This document shows, piece by piece, positions 29,777 through 30,642 of a DNA stretch of 30,642 bases. How positions within the stretch are numbered: the first letter of the stretch is position 1; each line of letters starts with the position of its first letter. The notes beneath the pieces were generated by a model. The model saw nothing but the letters and a program-made list of their open reading frames with translations, was not told where the DNA came from and did not search any database. Source of the stretch: Candidatus Firestoneibacteriota bacterium (GTDB lineage: Bacteria; Oederibacteriota; D2-FULL-39-29; JBDRBU01); NCBI GenBank assembly GCA_043822305.1, contig JBDRBU010000102.1, forward strand, positions 1 through 30,642, in the 5' to 3' direction. A program made the translations under genes and the position numbers.

Positions 29777-29810
29777 AAGCACCACCTTAAGAAGTTTTAT
29801 AGGTGCTTTT
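29777..29810 (+). terminator. Terminator-like hairpin homologous to 18829-18869
   Basis: AAGCACC...TTAAGAAGTTTT...GGTGCTTTT. Confidence 0.55.
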
Positions 29811-29925
29811 GAGTTTTTAGGTTAAATTGTTTAGGTTATATCACAGAAACTGTAGAATTACTTCAAGGATTCATAGCAGCAATTTAAAGGAAAATAATTC
29901 ACTACAACAAAAACAAAATATTTCC

Positions 29926-29953
29926 TTGACAAAACGAACTTTTGAGGTATAAT
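29926..29953 (+). promoter_or_regulatory. Consensus sigma70 promoter
   Basis: TTGACA-16-TATAAT. Confidence 0.7.
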
Positions 29954-29998
29954 AAGATAGAAGCTTGCTCAAGTTTAATGCAGAGAAATGATGTAAGT

Positions 29999-30640
29999 CT
30001 AAATATATGAGAGAGTTTTTTGATTTTGACTCGTTTTAGGCCATTTTGGAGATAAGTAATGAGAAATTTGAAAGAGTTTGAGATGATCGAGCCTGCCTTT
30101 CTCAGTACGAAAGCCAAAACGAACTTTTTCCCATTGTCTATAAATGTTAATAAGAGTTTCAGAATTACCGGATCTTGGGACACGAAAATCTTTAAGAAAA
30201 GTAATCATATATTCGAAGTTAGAGGACATAAGAGTTTTGATGATAGATTTAAAGTGGATAGATTTTTCATGCCATTTTTCAAGATAGAGTTGATTTCTTT
30301 TGTCATAAGCATTTTGAGGGGTTTTAGAGTTAATAAAAATATCTCTAGTTTTATCTTTAAAAGAAATAATATCTGGGATAATAGAATTTTTATGATGATT
30401 AAGAAGTTCATCAAGGTTATATCTATCCATGATGGAATAATTTTTAGGATTTTTAAGGATAGTGAATTGGGATTTTCTAATTTCCCAATAAAGATCCATC
30501 GAATTATTTTCAGAAAGTTGATTATAGTAATCAATAATGGTCTTATTAAGGTGACGATTAACATCTTGCATAATATGGAAATAGTCAAATTGAATTTTGA
30601 TACCTTTTCCATAGACATCAATGATAGCAGGTGGAAAGGA
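29999..30640 (-). mobile_element. Transposase C-terminal part (ISL3/IS256-like DDE), 5' end beyond the window
   Basis: Frame open to the window edge: 'FPPAIIDVYG...IQFDYFHIMQ' (DxFH motif) and 'VPRSGNSE......RQWEK.RFGFRT'. Confidence 0.65.
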
Positions 30641-30642
30641 AG

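Noticed and set aside
30205..30621. 138-aa alternative-frame ORF as a transposase frameshift partner
   Set aside because: The transposase frame is already open to the window edge and this frame has no motifs

Overview
Low-GC bacterial chromosome segment in two parts. Bases ~160-18000 are core-like genes on the + strand: a lipoprotein, two secreted proteins with T9SS-type C-terminal sorting domains next to a PorV-family barrel, DUF2062, hom-thrC, a partial complex I operon (nuoBCDHI), tRNA-Leu(GAG), an AcsE-like methyltransferase, folC, an NYN nuclease and DUF4321. The intergenic spaces hold several nested families of small palindromic (REP-like) repeats. Bases ~18600-30642 are an accessory region organised by three identical 42-bp copies of the 5' half of tRNA-Ser(TGA) at 18645, 22859 and 29309. 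These look like att cores of tandem, integrase-less islands, with matching arm-type repeats, a replacement tRNA promoter and a shared terminator-like module. Cargo includes a TPR lipoprotein, a MORN/YwqK-like protein, an NDT/TIR-like + lectin-like fusion, two PIN toxin-antitoxin pairs, a 5'-damaged TOTE-type primase-helicase, pseudogenes, a degenerate tRNA-Arg(CCT) and a partial transposase. All family calls come from motif recognition by eye; no database search was run.
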